Virus record (IMG/VR): IMGVR_UViG_3300024264_000011
Span: 43,376 to 107,375 of that record
Strand: one strand, 5' to 3'
DNA from: a virus
DNA length: 64,000 bases
The number at the start of each line of letters is the position of its first letter. The stretch's first letter is position 1. A model generated the notes under the pieces. That model was given only the letters and a program-made list of their open reading frames with translations, searched no databases and was not told the DNA's origin. A program made the position numbers and the translations under genes. Below are positions 7,949 to 16,300 of the stretch, piece by piece.

Positions 7949-8238
7949 AATTTACCATCAACAATAGCAGATCCTACTACTCTACTATATTGTTCTAATG
8001 TACCATCTTGTTCACACTTAAGATGCCATCGTGTCATATTGATAACAATTTCTTTTGTTAATCCAAACAGGAAATCTTTTCCTGTATCTTTTCTGACACT
8101 TTTCCATAGAAACCTAGTTTCTTCTACATAAAAAGCATCATCAATCCAATCAACTTCAGCAATCTTGGGATGTTCGTTTGTTTTTTCTCTACGTTGTGCT
8201 TCGTCAAACATTTCGTCTGGATAAGGTTCGATGTCCAT
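7945..8238 (-). CDS. cyanophage hypothetical protein
   Basis: 97 aa, WIDDAFYVEETRFLW...VGSAIVDGKL. Confidence 0.7.
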   Translation of the reverse strand: MDIEPYPDEMFDEAQRREKTNEHPKIAEVDWIDDAFYVEETRFLWKSVRKDTGKDFLFGLTKEIVINMTRWHLKCEQDGTLEQYSRVVGSAIVDGKL

Positions 8239-8447
8239 TATTCTTTGTTTTTATTAAATCCAAAAGGTCCTACTTTGTTCTTTACCCTATCTTTCATTAC
8301 AGCACCAGTCATTGCTTCCATGACTTTTAAAACATCTTCTGCTTTGGGTGGAACAGGACCAAGTCTTTCAGAAACAAAATTATATTTCTTAAAGAATTCA
8401 TCTGCTACTAGTTTGTAGTCTTCAACTGTAATTGGTTCATTACTCAT
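8238..8447 (-). CDS. hypothetical protein
   Basis: 69 aa, AEDVLKVMEAM...GPFGF. Confidence 0.7.
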   Translation of the reverse strand: MSNEPITVEDYKLVADEFFKKYNFVSERLGPVPPKAEDVLKVMEAMTGAVMKDRVKNKVGPFGFNKNKE

Positions 8448-8587
8448 TTACCTACTCCATAATCAGGTGCTTTCTTTTCAAGATCTCGAATAGTTTGATG
8501 CAGTCGTTCAACTGACTTACGAACCTCGTCGGTTTCTTCCCACTCAAAAATGTCACCAGACTTAGTTACATGTGTTTTTTTAGTCAT
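8444..8587 (-). CDS. small hypothetical protein (EWEET motif family, 47 aa)
   Basis: Hand-translated MTKKTHVTKSGDIFEWEETDEVRKSVERLHQTIRDLEKKAPDYGVGK; GGAG SD. Confidence 0.7.
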   Translation of the reverse strand: MTKKTHVTKSGDIFEWEETDEVRKSVERLHQTIRDLEKKAPDYGVGK

Positions 8588-8588
8588 G

Positions 8589-8822
8589 TTAATCTCCAGG
8601 TAGATTTTGTTCTTTACGATATTTTTTGATAAATCGTTTTATCTTCCACTGATCATACTTTATCCTTGGCCACATTGTCAAGATCATCCATCTACGACGA
8701 ATCCCAATCATTAGTTCTAAGAATCTTACATTAACTAATCTTGCGGCATTTTCATCAGTAACAATAAAATAAACTGCGATTGAAAAGATTACTAATACTG
8801 TGTAGTAAGATCCTGTATACAT
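8589..8822 (-). CDS. hypothetical membrane protein
   Basis: N-terminal TM helix, basic C-terminus. Confidence 0.65.
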   Translation of the reverse strand: MYTGSYYTVLVIFSIAVYFIVTDENAARLVNVRFLELMIGIRRRWMILTMWPRIKYDQWKIKRFIKKYRKEQNLPGD

Positions 8823-8824
8823 TC

Positions 8825-9001
8825 TCAGAACTCCTGATTTCTTTTAAAGTCTAGGTAAGCAAGAATTTCACTTCTCCACTCCATTAATTCATTAAAACAG
8901 AGTTGTTCATGAGCATCTCTCCTAAGATCTGGATCTGGTTTCAAAACACTCTCATAAAATAAATTAAATGCGTCTTTACGTTTAAGATGTTTTTCATCCA
9001 T
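8825..9001 (-). CDS. small cyanophage hypothetical protein (58 aa)
   Basis: Hand-translated MDEKHLKRKDAFNLFYESVLKPDPDLRRDAHEQLCFNELMEWRSEIL... Confidence 0.65.
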   Translation of the reverse strand: MDEKHLKRKDAFNLFYESVLKPDPDLRRDAHEQLCFNELMEWRSEILAYLDFKRNQEF

Positions 9002-9032
9002 GATAGTCTTGCGAATATGGTGATATCATAAC

Positions 9033-9209
9033 CTATGTAGGATCATTTTTGTGTTTTTTACGGTATTTTTTAAGAATTCCGTACCCTTCCTTTATCCGTT
9101 GATAAGCTTCTTCACTTGATAGTTTATCAGCAATTTCCATATTTACTGCATTAGTTACTACCATTTCAAATTGTCTCAGTTGTAAATCATAATTATCAAA
9201 ATTATACAT
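9033..9209 (-). CDS. small helical protein resembling a cyanobacterial/cyanophage family (58 aa)
   Basis: AGGAGG SD; MYNFDNYDLQLRQFEMVVTNAVNMEIADKLSSEEAYQRIKEGYGILKK. Confidence 0.7.
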   Translation of the reverse strand: MYNFDNYDLQLRQFEMVVTNAVNMEIADKLSSEEAYQRIKEGYGILKKYRKKHKNDPT

Positions 9210-9240
9210 AATTATCCTCCTTATACTACACAGTAGCTAT

Positions 9241-9266
9241 AAAAAAACCACCCCAAAGGGTGGTTT
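9241..9266 (-). terminator. intrinsic terminator
   Basis: CCACCC-TTTG-GGGTGG followed by T7 (stem can extend with AAA/TTT). Confidence 0.8.
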
Positions 9267-9355
9267 AATCGTTATTGGGGATAATTTAATCTCAAAGACC
9301 AATTAATATAGAACGTTCATGCGAACATTTTAGGTAATTAAACCACTCGCAGGAT

Positions 9356-9541
9356 TTATCCCCAATCATCTTTAGTATCAAAATCTGGATCAGATTTTCG
9401 ATTCCACCTCTTTTTACCTGAGATTTTATATCCACTAGCAAGTTCGTCATATTCATAGTCAGTGTTCATTGCATAATTAAGTTTTTCTTCCTTAGAAGTA
9501 TTGTACTTTTTAGCGGAATACTTGCGATGAGTTCGTGCCAT
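9356..9541 (-). CDS. hypothetical protein
   Basis: 61 aa, basic N-terminus; GGAG SD. Confidence 0.65.
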   Translation of the reverse strand: MARTHRKYSAKKYNTSKEEKLNYAMNTDYEYDELASGYKISGKKRWNRKSDPDFDTKDDWG

Positions 9542-9570
9542 TGTAGTTTAGTTTCTCCGTTAATAAAAAA

Positions 9571-9738
9571 TTACTCGTAATAAGAGTCGAAAGCGAATTC
9601 GTATTCAGATTGTGGATCATCATAGAAATCACAATCTTCTTTATCATTTATTTCAAACTTGCGATAATATTCGTCAAGTTGAATTTCATCCCTAATTTCG
9701 TCAATGATTGAACGTTTGTGGATGGGTGTTGAGAACAT
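9571..9738 (-). CDS. small acidic hypothetical protein (55 aa)
   Basis: Hand-translated MFSTPIHKRSIIDEIRDEIQLDEYY...EYEFAFDSYYE; GAGG SD; first gene after a promoter. Confidence 0.65.
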   Translation of the reverse strand: MFSTPIHKRSIIDEIRDEIQLDEYYRKFEINDKEDCDFYDDPQSEYEFAFDSYYE

Positions 9739-9765
9739 TGTCAGATTCCTCTGATGTACCTGGCT

Positions 9766-9794
9766 ATAATATAGGCAAGTTCCCTCCTTGTCAA
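9766..9794 (-). promoter_or_regulatory. sigma70-type promoter
   Basis: TTGACA N17 TATTAT then AGCCA. Confidence 0.75.
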
Positions 9795-9812
9795 GGGCCG
9801 GAACGAAAAAAA

Positions 9813-9959
9813 TTATTTATCTATCAATAGAGTACGAATCCACTCATCAAATTCTTCTCCGATGGAGATTGCATCTTCAAATTGTCCCTGATTTATCAGG
9901 GACTCAAGTCTCTCCATTCTCTCCTTGAGAATAAGTTTGATGTTTTCTTCAGTGATCAT
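9813..9959 (-). CDS. small hypothetical protein (48 aa)
   Basis: Hand-translated MITEENIKLILKERMERLESLINQGQFEDAISIGEEFDEWIRTLLIDK; ATGA overlap. Confidence 0.6.
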   Translation of the reverse strand: MITEENIKLILKERMERLESLINQGQFEDAISIGEEFDEWIRTLLIDK

Positions 9960-10237
9960 ATTTCTTTAGACCATTTTCCAATTGGACATGAGGAGTGTTT
10001 CAATCTTGTTTTAGCTGACATAAAGCACCCACAACGTTTACATTGTGTAGTAGATGAATTAAATTCATCACATGATCTACAAATTCTTAATCTGTTATCT
10101 ACAGTTTCTTTCGGGACAAATGCAGATCTACCTTTAGATATTTCACCAATAGAATCTGTAATATTTTCAGAGAGACCTTTCATTTTGTTGATAAGGTCTC
10201 TCTTCATTTTGTCCCTAATTTCTCGGGACTTAGACAT
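9956..10237 (-). CDS. Cys-rich protein (DUF6171-like)
   Basis: RLRICRSC...CKRCGCFMSAK...CPIGKW. Confidence 0.75.
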   Translation of the reverse strand: MSKSREIRDKMKRDLINKMKGLSENITDSIGEISKGRSAFVPKETVDNRLRICRSCDEFNSSTTQCKRCGCFMSAKTRLKHSSCPIGKWSKEI

Positions 10238-10473
10238 TATTCTTCAACAGTTCCAGAAGCGTCAGAAGTGGTTTCTGGAAGAGTTACTTGTTCACCTTCA
10301 GTAGGTGGTTCCAAGATATTCATGCTTTCAATAGCACCTTGGAGTTTCAGGAAAAGTTCTTTCCTCCTTGCAAGTTCAGCATCGAGTTGTTGAATTTCCT
10401 CTGCACACTTTTTCTGTTGTTCGAGGAAGTTTGCACGAAGTTCTGCGGGAGTTTGTGTAGGAGTTGCTGTCAT
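10237..10473 (-). CDS. coiled-coil hypothetical protein
   Basis: Heptad-like EQQKKCAEEIQQLDAELARRKELFLKLQGAIE. Confidence 0.7.
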   Translation of the reverse strand: MTATPTQTPAELRANFLEQQKKCAEEIQQLDAELARRKELFLKLQGAIESMNILEPPTEGEQVTLPETTSDASGTVEE

Positions 10474-10500
10474 TGTTGATAAAAGTTGATTACGATAACA

Positions 10501-10529
10501 ATCATAGATTATTTAGACGTGTTTGTCAA
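10501..10529 (-). promoter_or_regulatory. sigma70-type promoter with embedded late-type CTAAATA
   Basis: TTGACA (10529-10524) N17 TATGAT (10506-10501); CTAAATA at 10516-10510. Confidence 0.7.
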
Positions 10530-10534
10530 GGGTA

Positions 10535-10563
10535 TTGACACGGTTAACCGAACTCAGTAGAAT
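10535..10563 (+). promoter_or_regulatory. plus-strand sigma70-type promoter, antisense to the oxygenase genes
   Basis: TTGACA (10535-10540) N17 TAGAAT (10558-10563). Confidence 0.65.
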
Positions 10564-10594
10564 AACTCTGTCAGGGTTCAAAAGAGAAGCTATA

Positions 10595-11293
10595 TTACTT
10601 ATCAAATGCATGGTGTGATTTTAATCCATTAGCTCTTACATAATGAAAGAATATTTGGTGATGATATTCTGGTTCTCGTATTAATTTTCTTAGATTACTA
10701 AAGACAAAGTTATATTTGGATTTTAAAGGAGTTCTCCAGTGTTCAACATCACAACCCATATAGACAATACCATCACCATCTTTTAAATTAGCATAAACTT
10801 CTTTTCCACCTAAAGTTTTTAAACAAAAACTCCATGGTTTATGAGAAGCTTTGCTAATTTGTATTGATACTGAAATTTCACAAGCATCTCTATCTACATG
10901 TCTCTCTAGTTTTTGACCTAAAAAATAAAATCGTTCATAGTAATAGGTATTATATAATTCGTCATTCAATATTTTTTCTAAAATAGTTTTTACTTTAGAA
11001 TGAGTTGTTTTATATTTTGGATAACCATATCTTGCTAAAGAACCAGATACTTGAACTTCATCTGGTTCATGCGAGTATTTGTCATATGAACCATAATAAC
11101 TAAGTTTACCTCTTTCTCTTGGAACTTTAGTATAAAGTTCTTCTGGATCTACTAAATTACGAATAATTAGAAACCCATGTCTTTTTAAAAATTGTTGAGC
11201 ACCAATAGGCACAGTATCATCTCCTGGGTCTATTGATATACTCATATCTCTGTATTCTCTATAATCTTCAAAGATACGTGCTGCAATTTCCAT
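10595..11293 (-). CDS. 2OG-Fe(II) oxygenase-family protein
   Basis: HVDRDACEISVSIQI, EHWR, HQIFFHYVR; GGAGG SD before ATG 11293. Confidence 0.8.
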   Translation of the reverse strand: MEIAARIFEDYREYRDMSISIDPGDDTVPIGAQQFLKRHGFLIIRNLVDPEELYTKVPRERGKLSYYGSYDKYSHEPDEVQVSGSLARYGYPKYKTTHSKVKTILEKILNDELYNTYYYERFYFLGQKLERHVDRDACEISVSIQISKASHKPWSFCLKTLGGKEVYANLKDGDGIVYMGCDVEHWRTPLKSKYNFVFSNLRKLIREPEYHHQIFFHYVRANGLKSHHAFDK

Positions 11294-11295
11294 AA

Positions 11296-11925
11296 TTACC
11301 TCCAACGGGGTCCTACAACCCAACCAACTAATGATTTACGTAAACCAGATTTAACTTTTAAAACTCTATGTTTTGTTCTAGAATCAAATATAATTATTGT
11401 TCCTTTCTTTCTAGGGGCAAAATAACTTTGATCAGTTTCGTCGAGTAACTGGAGATTACCACCAGTATAATTTTCCGAATCAGATAACTGCAAGACAAAA
11501 GATAACTTTCTTACCATTTCACATTTTTCACTTACATAGTCTTCATTAGATTTAAATTTACCGTCTTCCAAAATATTAGTTGGAGAATAACAAGAAGCAA
11601 TACCAGCATCTATATGCCATTTATAGAACTCACCTGGATTATAATGTGTATACTGAATATTTTCTCCATCTACATTAGATATATCATAGAGAAAATTTTC
11701 TCTATTTGCTTTTTGTACATAGTGCCACAAAAAACCAGAAACCCAATGCGTAGTTGGTATCCACGCATTGTATGAGTTTCTTTTAGATTCATCTATTACA
11801 TCATTCTGTAGTTTTGATTTCTGCACGTGCTCATCAAAATTCTTAGATAAATCTTTTCCTAATACATCTACAATATCTTCTGGTAGGTTGGTATCAAACC
11901 AAATACTTTGATATGACATAAACAA
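11296..11925 (-). CDS. 2OG-Fe(II) oxygenase (prolyl-4-hydroxylase/PKHD type)
   Basis: WHID, RKLS, FDSRTKHRV, RKSLVGW: intact HxD..H..R. Confidence 0.88.
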   Translation of the reverse strand: MFMSYQSIWFDTNLPEDIVDVLGKDLSKNFDEHVQKSKLQNDVIDESKRNSYNAWIPTTHWVSGFLWHYVQKANRENFLYDISNVDGENIQYTHYNPGEFYKWHIDAGIASCYSPTNILEDGKFKSNEDYVSEKCEMVRKLSFVLQLSDSENYTGGNLQLLDETDQSYFAPRKKGTIIIFDSRTKHRVLKVKSGLRKSLVGWVVGPRWR

Positions 11926-11939
11926 ACATCAAATGTACA

Positions 11940-12320
11940 TTATATATGCTCAAACTTTAACCACGAATCAGTATCCTCATCCCAAAAATAGTTATATTCA
12001 TTATAATCATCTGGATATGGTATTGGAGGTTCCCATACCAAAGATTCCATATTTAATGTCCAAGATTCGTGTGGTTTGTTTTCAATGAAACAATCTCTAT
12101 CTGGTACGTATAAATTACCTATACCAGCAAATTTACTTCTAATATTTGAATTAAATGATGTCTGTAACCATGTAGAATTTGGATCACTTACAATTTGTCT
12201 ACAAAGTTCAATACCCGTAGATTCACTTTCATTACCATTCTCATCTAAAATTTCTTCATTTGCAATAACTATAGTTTTAATAACTATGTTATTTTCATCC
12301 AATTGTGTAAAATGTGCCAT
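11940..12320 (-). CDS. fibre-associated hypothetical protein (MAHF..WxQTS family)
   Basis: MAHFTQLDENNIV, WLQTSFN, WEPPIPYP, YFWDE; this type usually follows Gly-rich virion proteins in marine phages. Confidence 0.7.
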   Translation of the reverse strand: MAHFTQLDENNIVIKTIVIANEEILDENGNESESTGIELCRQIVSDPNSTWLQTSFNSNIRSKFAGIGNLYVPDRDCFIENKPHESWTLNMESLVWEPPIPYPDDYNEYNYFWDEDTDSWLKFEHI

Positions 12321-12326
12321 AATAGT

Positions 12327-13397
12327 TTACTGATACTTGTAAATAAATCTAACTAAACCTGATCCACCGTTACCACCAGCGCCTCTATATTGTGGGGCAT
12401 CTCTTTGACCTCCTCCACCTCCACCTGCTCCTCTATTAGCACTTCCAGCACCAGCATTAGCGGTATTAATGGATCCAGCACCACCTCCACCCGATCCACC
12501 CGATCCTGCTTGAGTTTGCGCTGGTGCATAAGCACCACCAGGTCTAGAACAACCTCCGCCACCTCCAGCTCCATATCTTATCGTTACCTGCATATTAGTT
12601 TGTTCAACTGACCACACAAGGCCATTGCCACCAGGGCCTCCTCTAAAAACACGTCCATCCTGAGTTGGATAAGGACCAGGGCAATTTCTTCCAGTTTGTT
12701 CAGCACCTCCGCCTCCACCTCCAGCGCCATTTCCTGGAATTGTATAAGATCCTGTACCACCATTTTTTCCTTGTGGTGGAGAAACAGCAGGAGTATTACC
12801 ATTTCCACCAGGCCAACCGCTAACTGGATTTCCTCTTACAGATCCACCTCCACCAGATCCTCCAGCATTACCAGCAGAAAATCTTCCACCTCTTCCACCA
12901 CCAGCAGATGTAATTCCATTAAAAGATGATGAACTTCCATTAGATCCATTACCAGAGTTTGGTCCTCCTGGACCACCAGATCCTCCAGCACCTACAACAA
13001 CTGGATAACTACCAGGTGATATATTCATAGTGCCGGTTCTCATACCACCTCCGCCTCCACCTCCAGAGATTCCGCCGCCTCCTCCACCGCCGCCACCGAC
13101 GACGCAATAATATAATTCGGGTGCATCATCAGGTGCATGATTTATAGTTAACGTACCACTACTACTAAATTCAACTCTTCTCCAATTACCATTAGTAGCA
13201 TTTGGTGAATTTCCAGGATATGATACTGACATATAAGTCCTATTAAGACCCCTAAAACTATTCATAGATATTGCACCTGTTGCAATTCCAATAGCTGCTC
13301 TCATTGCAGCATCACCAAGACTACGAGTTGCACCACTAGCATGTCCCACGTATGATTGAATTTGGTTTATACTAATAGATCCAGTAGGTAAAGGCAT
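12327..13397 (-). CDS. glycine-rich putative receptor-binding adhesin (gp38-like organisation)
   Basis: Many GGGGG runs separated by variable loops; start overlaps the fibre stop (TAATG). Confidence 0.65.
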   Translation of the reverse strand: MPLPTGSISINQIQSYVGHASGATRSLGDAAMRAAIGIATGAISMNSFRGLNRTYMSVSYPGNSPNATNGNWRRVEFSSSGTLTINHAPDDAPELYYCVVGGGGGGGGGISGGGGGGGMRTGTMNISPGSYPVVVGAGGSGGPGGPNSGNGSNGSSSSFNGITSAGGGRGGRFSAGNAGGSGGGGSVRGNPVSGWPGGNGNTPAVSPPQGKNGGTGSYTIPGNGAGGGGGGAEQTGRNCPGPYPTQDGRVFRGGPGGNGLVWSVEQTNMQVTIRYGAGGGGGCSRPGGAYAPAQTQAGSGGSGGGGAGSINTANAGAGSANRGAGGGGGGQRDAPQYRGAGGNGGSGLVRFIYKYQ

Positions 13398-16300
13398 TAG
13401 TTATCTCCTTTAAGTAATTTAATTTCTTCTTTGAGTATATTTATTTGTTCTTGTTGGTCTTTAATTGCTTCAATTAGCAGACCCACCATGTTGCCATAAG
13501 CAACAGATTTAGTTCCCTCCTCATCGGTAGAAACAAGTTCGGGGCAGACTTTTTCGACATCTTGAGCGATAACTCCCATCTGTCTTCCGAGTTCTGGAGT
13601 ATCTATTCTGTCAAATGTTACGCCATTGATCTGATTGACCTTATCAAGAGGGTTTGCAATAGGTTCAATGTTCTCTTTTAATTTAATGTCAGAGTATGCA
13701 GTAACGTTTCCAGTTGCTGTAAAGCTTCCATTGTCATCGAATGTGTATCTAGTTGTTGAACCATCACGGATGTAGAAGTTACCGATTCCGCTGTTAAGGT
13801 CCATATACATATGTGAACCATTACAGAAAAACTCAACATCATCACCACTTCCAAAATAGAGATATTCGTTATCTGGTAAATCTAGATGATTATTGATAGT
13901 TACTCGACCATTAAATGTCGAGGCTTTCGCAAAAGTAAGTGTACTAGCTGTCCATGAGGCAACTTCGGCGTTGTTACACCAAAACTTCAAATTACCGTCA
14001 GAGGGGCATTGAAATCCAGTATCGTTATCAGCACCTAAACAAATATCTACGTTAGTTCCTGGGTTAGAAGCTGTTCCAGCAGCAAGTTTTGTGCAATGGA
14101 TGTTTCCGTTGACATCTAATTTTGCAACTGGGGCAGTCGAGCCAATTCCCACATTGCCAGAGAAATAATTCTTTGTCTCGCCGGTAATATATGTACCCCA
14201 TTTAGTACCTACAGTTCCAGCATATGATCCGAAGAATAAGTATCCGGTTGTCACAGTACCAGCATTACGGTCAATGTGTGAATAAACTCCTTTTGCATCT
14301 CCAATAGTATCTTCATCACACTGAACCTCAAAATATCCACCAACGGCATTACCAGACTTACCAGAACCATTATCTGTGTTCTGTGCTCTACCATATACTG
14401 CGTATAAAGTACCTCCTGATGTATTGCCGCCTCTATATGCTATAGAGTGGATACCATAAGCATTAACCGCACCGCCTGCAGCATATGCTTGTGCATATGT
14501 ATATGCACCAAAGACGCTTTGCGTGCCTATTCCAGATCCATTACCTGTAACTTTGGCAAAACTATAAAGACCTCGATTGTCGTGAGTATATCCAGTAGAG
14601 TCTGAAGAAGTGTAAATGCCGTACATATTATGACGGTTGCCGTTAGTGCTTGTAGTGTTTGACTTTGAATTATCCACATCGACTCTAAGGCCAACTTGGG
14701 CTCTATTAGCAGTAAAAGCGGCAGTACCAGACCAGTCCGCATCGATATATACGGTGTTATAACTACTATTTTGTCCTGTTTGCCAAGTATTATCTACGTG
14801 CAATGGATGATCATGCCATCCAGTATCGGTTTCACCAGTACCTGTGTTAATACCTCTCGATACTGCAAGACCACCATCAGTTGATAGTGACATAGCACCA
14901 CCAGACGCATCATGAGCAGTATCTCTCCACAAGAATCCACGATCAGATTCATTATTGAATGTAAATGTCATTGCATAATCATTCAATCTACCATGAGTTC
15001 TGCCTGACATCATACCAATAGTATATGAACTACTATCCCAAACTCTTATTTTGTCTGCCGTATTAGTAGTATGGTGATTGATAATAGAACTACCCGTTAA
15101 AGTAATAGTACCACTTGTTGATAACCCACCAGCAATAGTTTGACCATTGTTTGAATGGAGTCTTCCAGTTCCAGTGTTAATATAGAATGGTCTTAAACCA
15201 TTCCAAGTATCACTAGCAGCTGCACCTGTATTAGATAAAAGAATATAATAATTAGTACCATCATTTCTATGAATAACAGTTTCATCTGCATCGTTGTATA
15301 AAAGAAGTTGATTGTTACTGCCGCTAATTTTACAAGATGTACTTCCAACAGTGAGATTAAATGCAGGTCCAATTAAACTACCATCTCCATTAATACCTTT
15401 AGACGTTCCATCAACAAAGAAACCGCCATCTGCACGAATATATCGCGGGGTGTAAATGTTTTTAGCAGTGTTCTGATTAATTCTCAGCCAAGTAGTATCA
15501 GATGTGGTAATCTCACCCATCGCGGTTGTATTACGGTGGAAGAAAATACCACCACCTGTGATATTTGTTCGTTGCTCTACATAACCGCTGCCCCAGTTAG
15601 AGACTGATGGTGTGGATATGCGAAGACCTCCCTCAGCGTTTACATAGACCAATTCACCAGTTTGGCTTGCGATCTTCCCAGCAGACTCGCCAGCATTTAA
15701 GACCAACTCAGTACCATTAGAGGTTCTAATTTCTTTGGTTTCTACACGAGTTGCTGGAGTAATTGTGTCAGGTATGCGGGCATCATTAATTGTTCCAGTT
15801 AGGTTAGCAGAATTAAGATTAGTCAAACCAGAACCATTACCACTAAACGAAATTCCAGATTCAGCAGTAATTGCCGAAGTTGTCAGCGTCATTATTGTGG
15901 AAAGTGATCTGGCTGTATTTGCAGTTGAACTATTACCTAGTTCAAAATACATATTAGCAGTAGTGCTATCAACAGAACATTCAATTCTTCCAGAAGAACC
16001 AGTTACATCTGGTACACCACCAAGATGATTAAATGCTAGGTTTGCATTACCATAACCATCATTAATTGTTAATGCAACACTTCCACTACCTTTTCCGGCT
16101 TCAATATAAGAGGCACTAGTTCTAAAGGTTCCAGTTGCGCTATCATTGTTTGCATTTGATCTCAGATATGCAGAACCCTGTTGACCATCAAGTAAATCAG
16201 CATTTAGATTAGTAACTACTTGAGTACTATCTACAGTAAATGGTGACGATGTTCCAGATGCACCACCATCAAATGCAGGTCTATTGCTAAATGTTAATGT

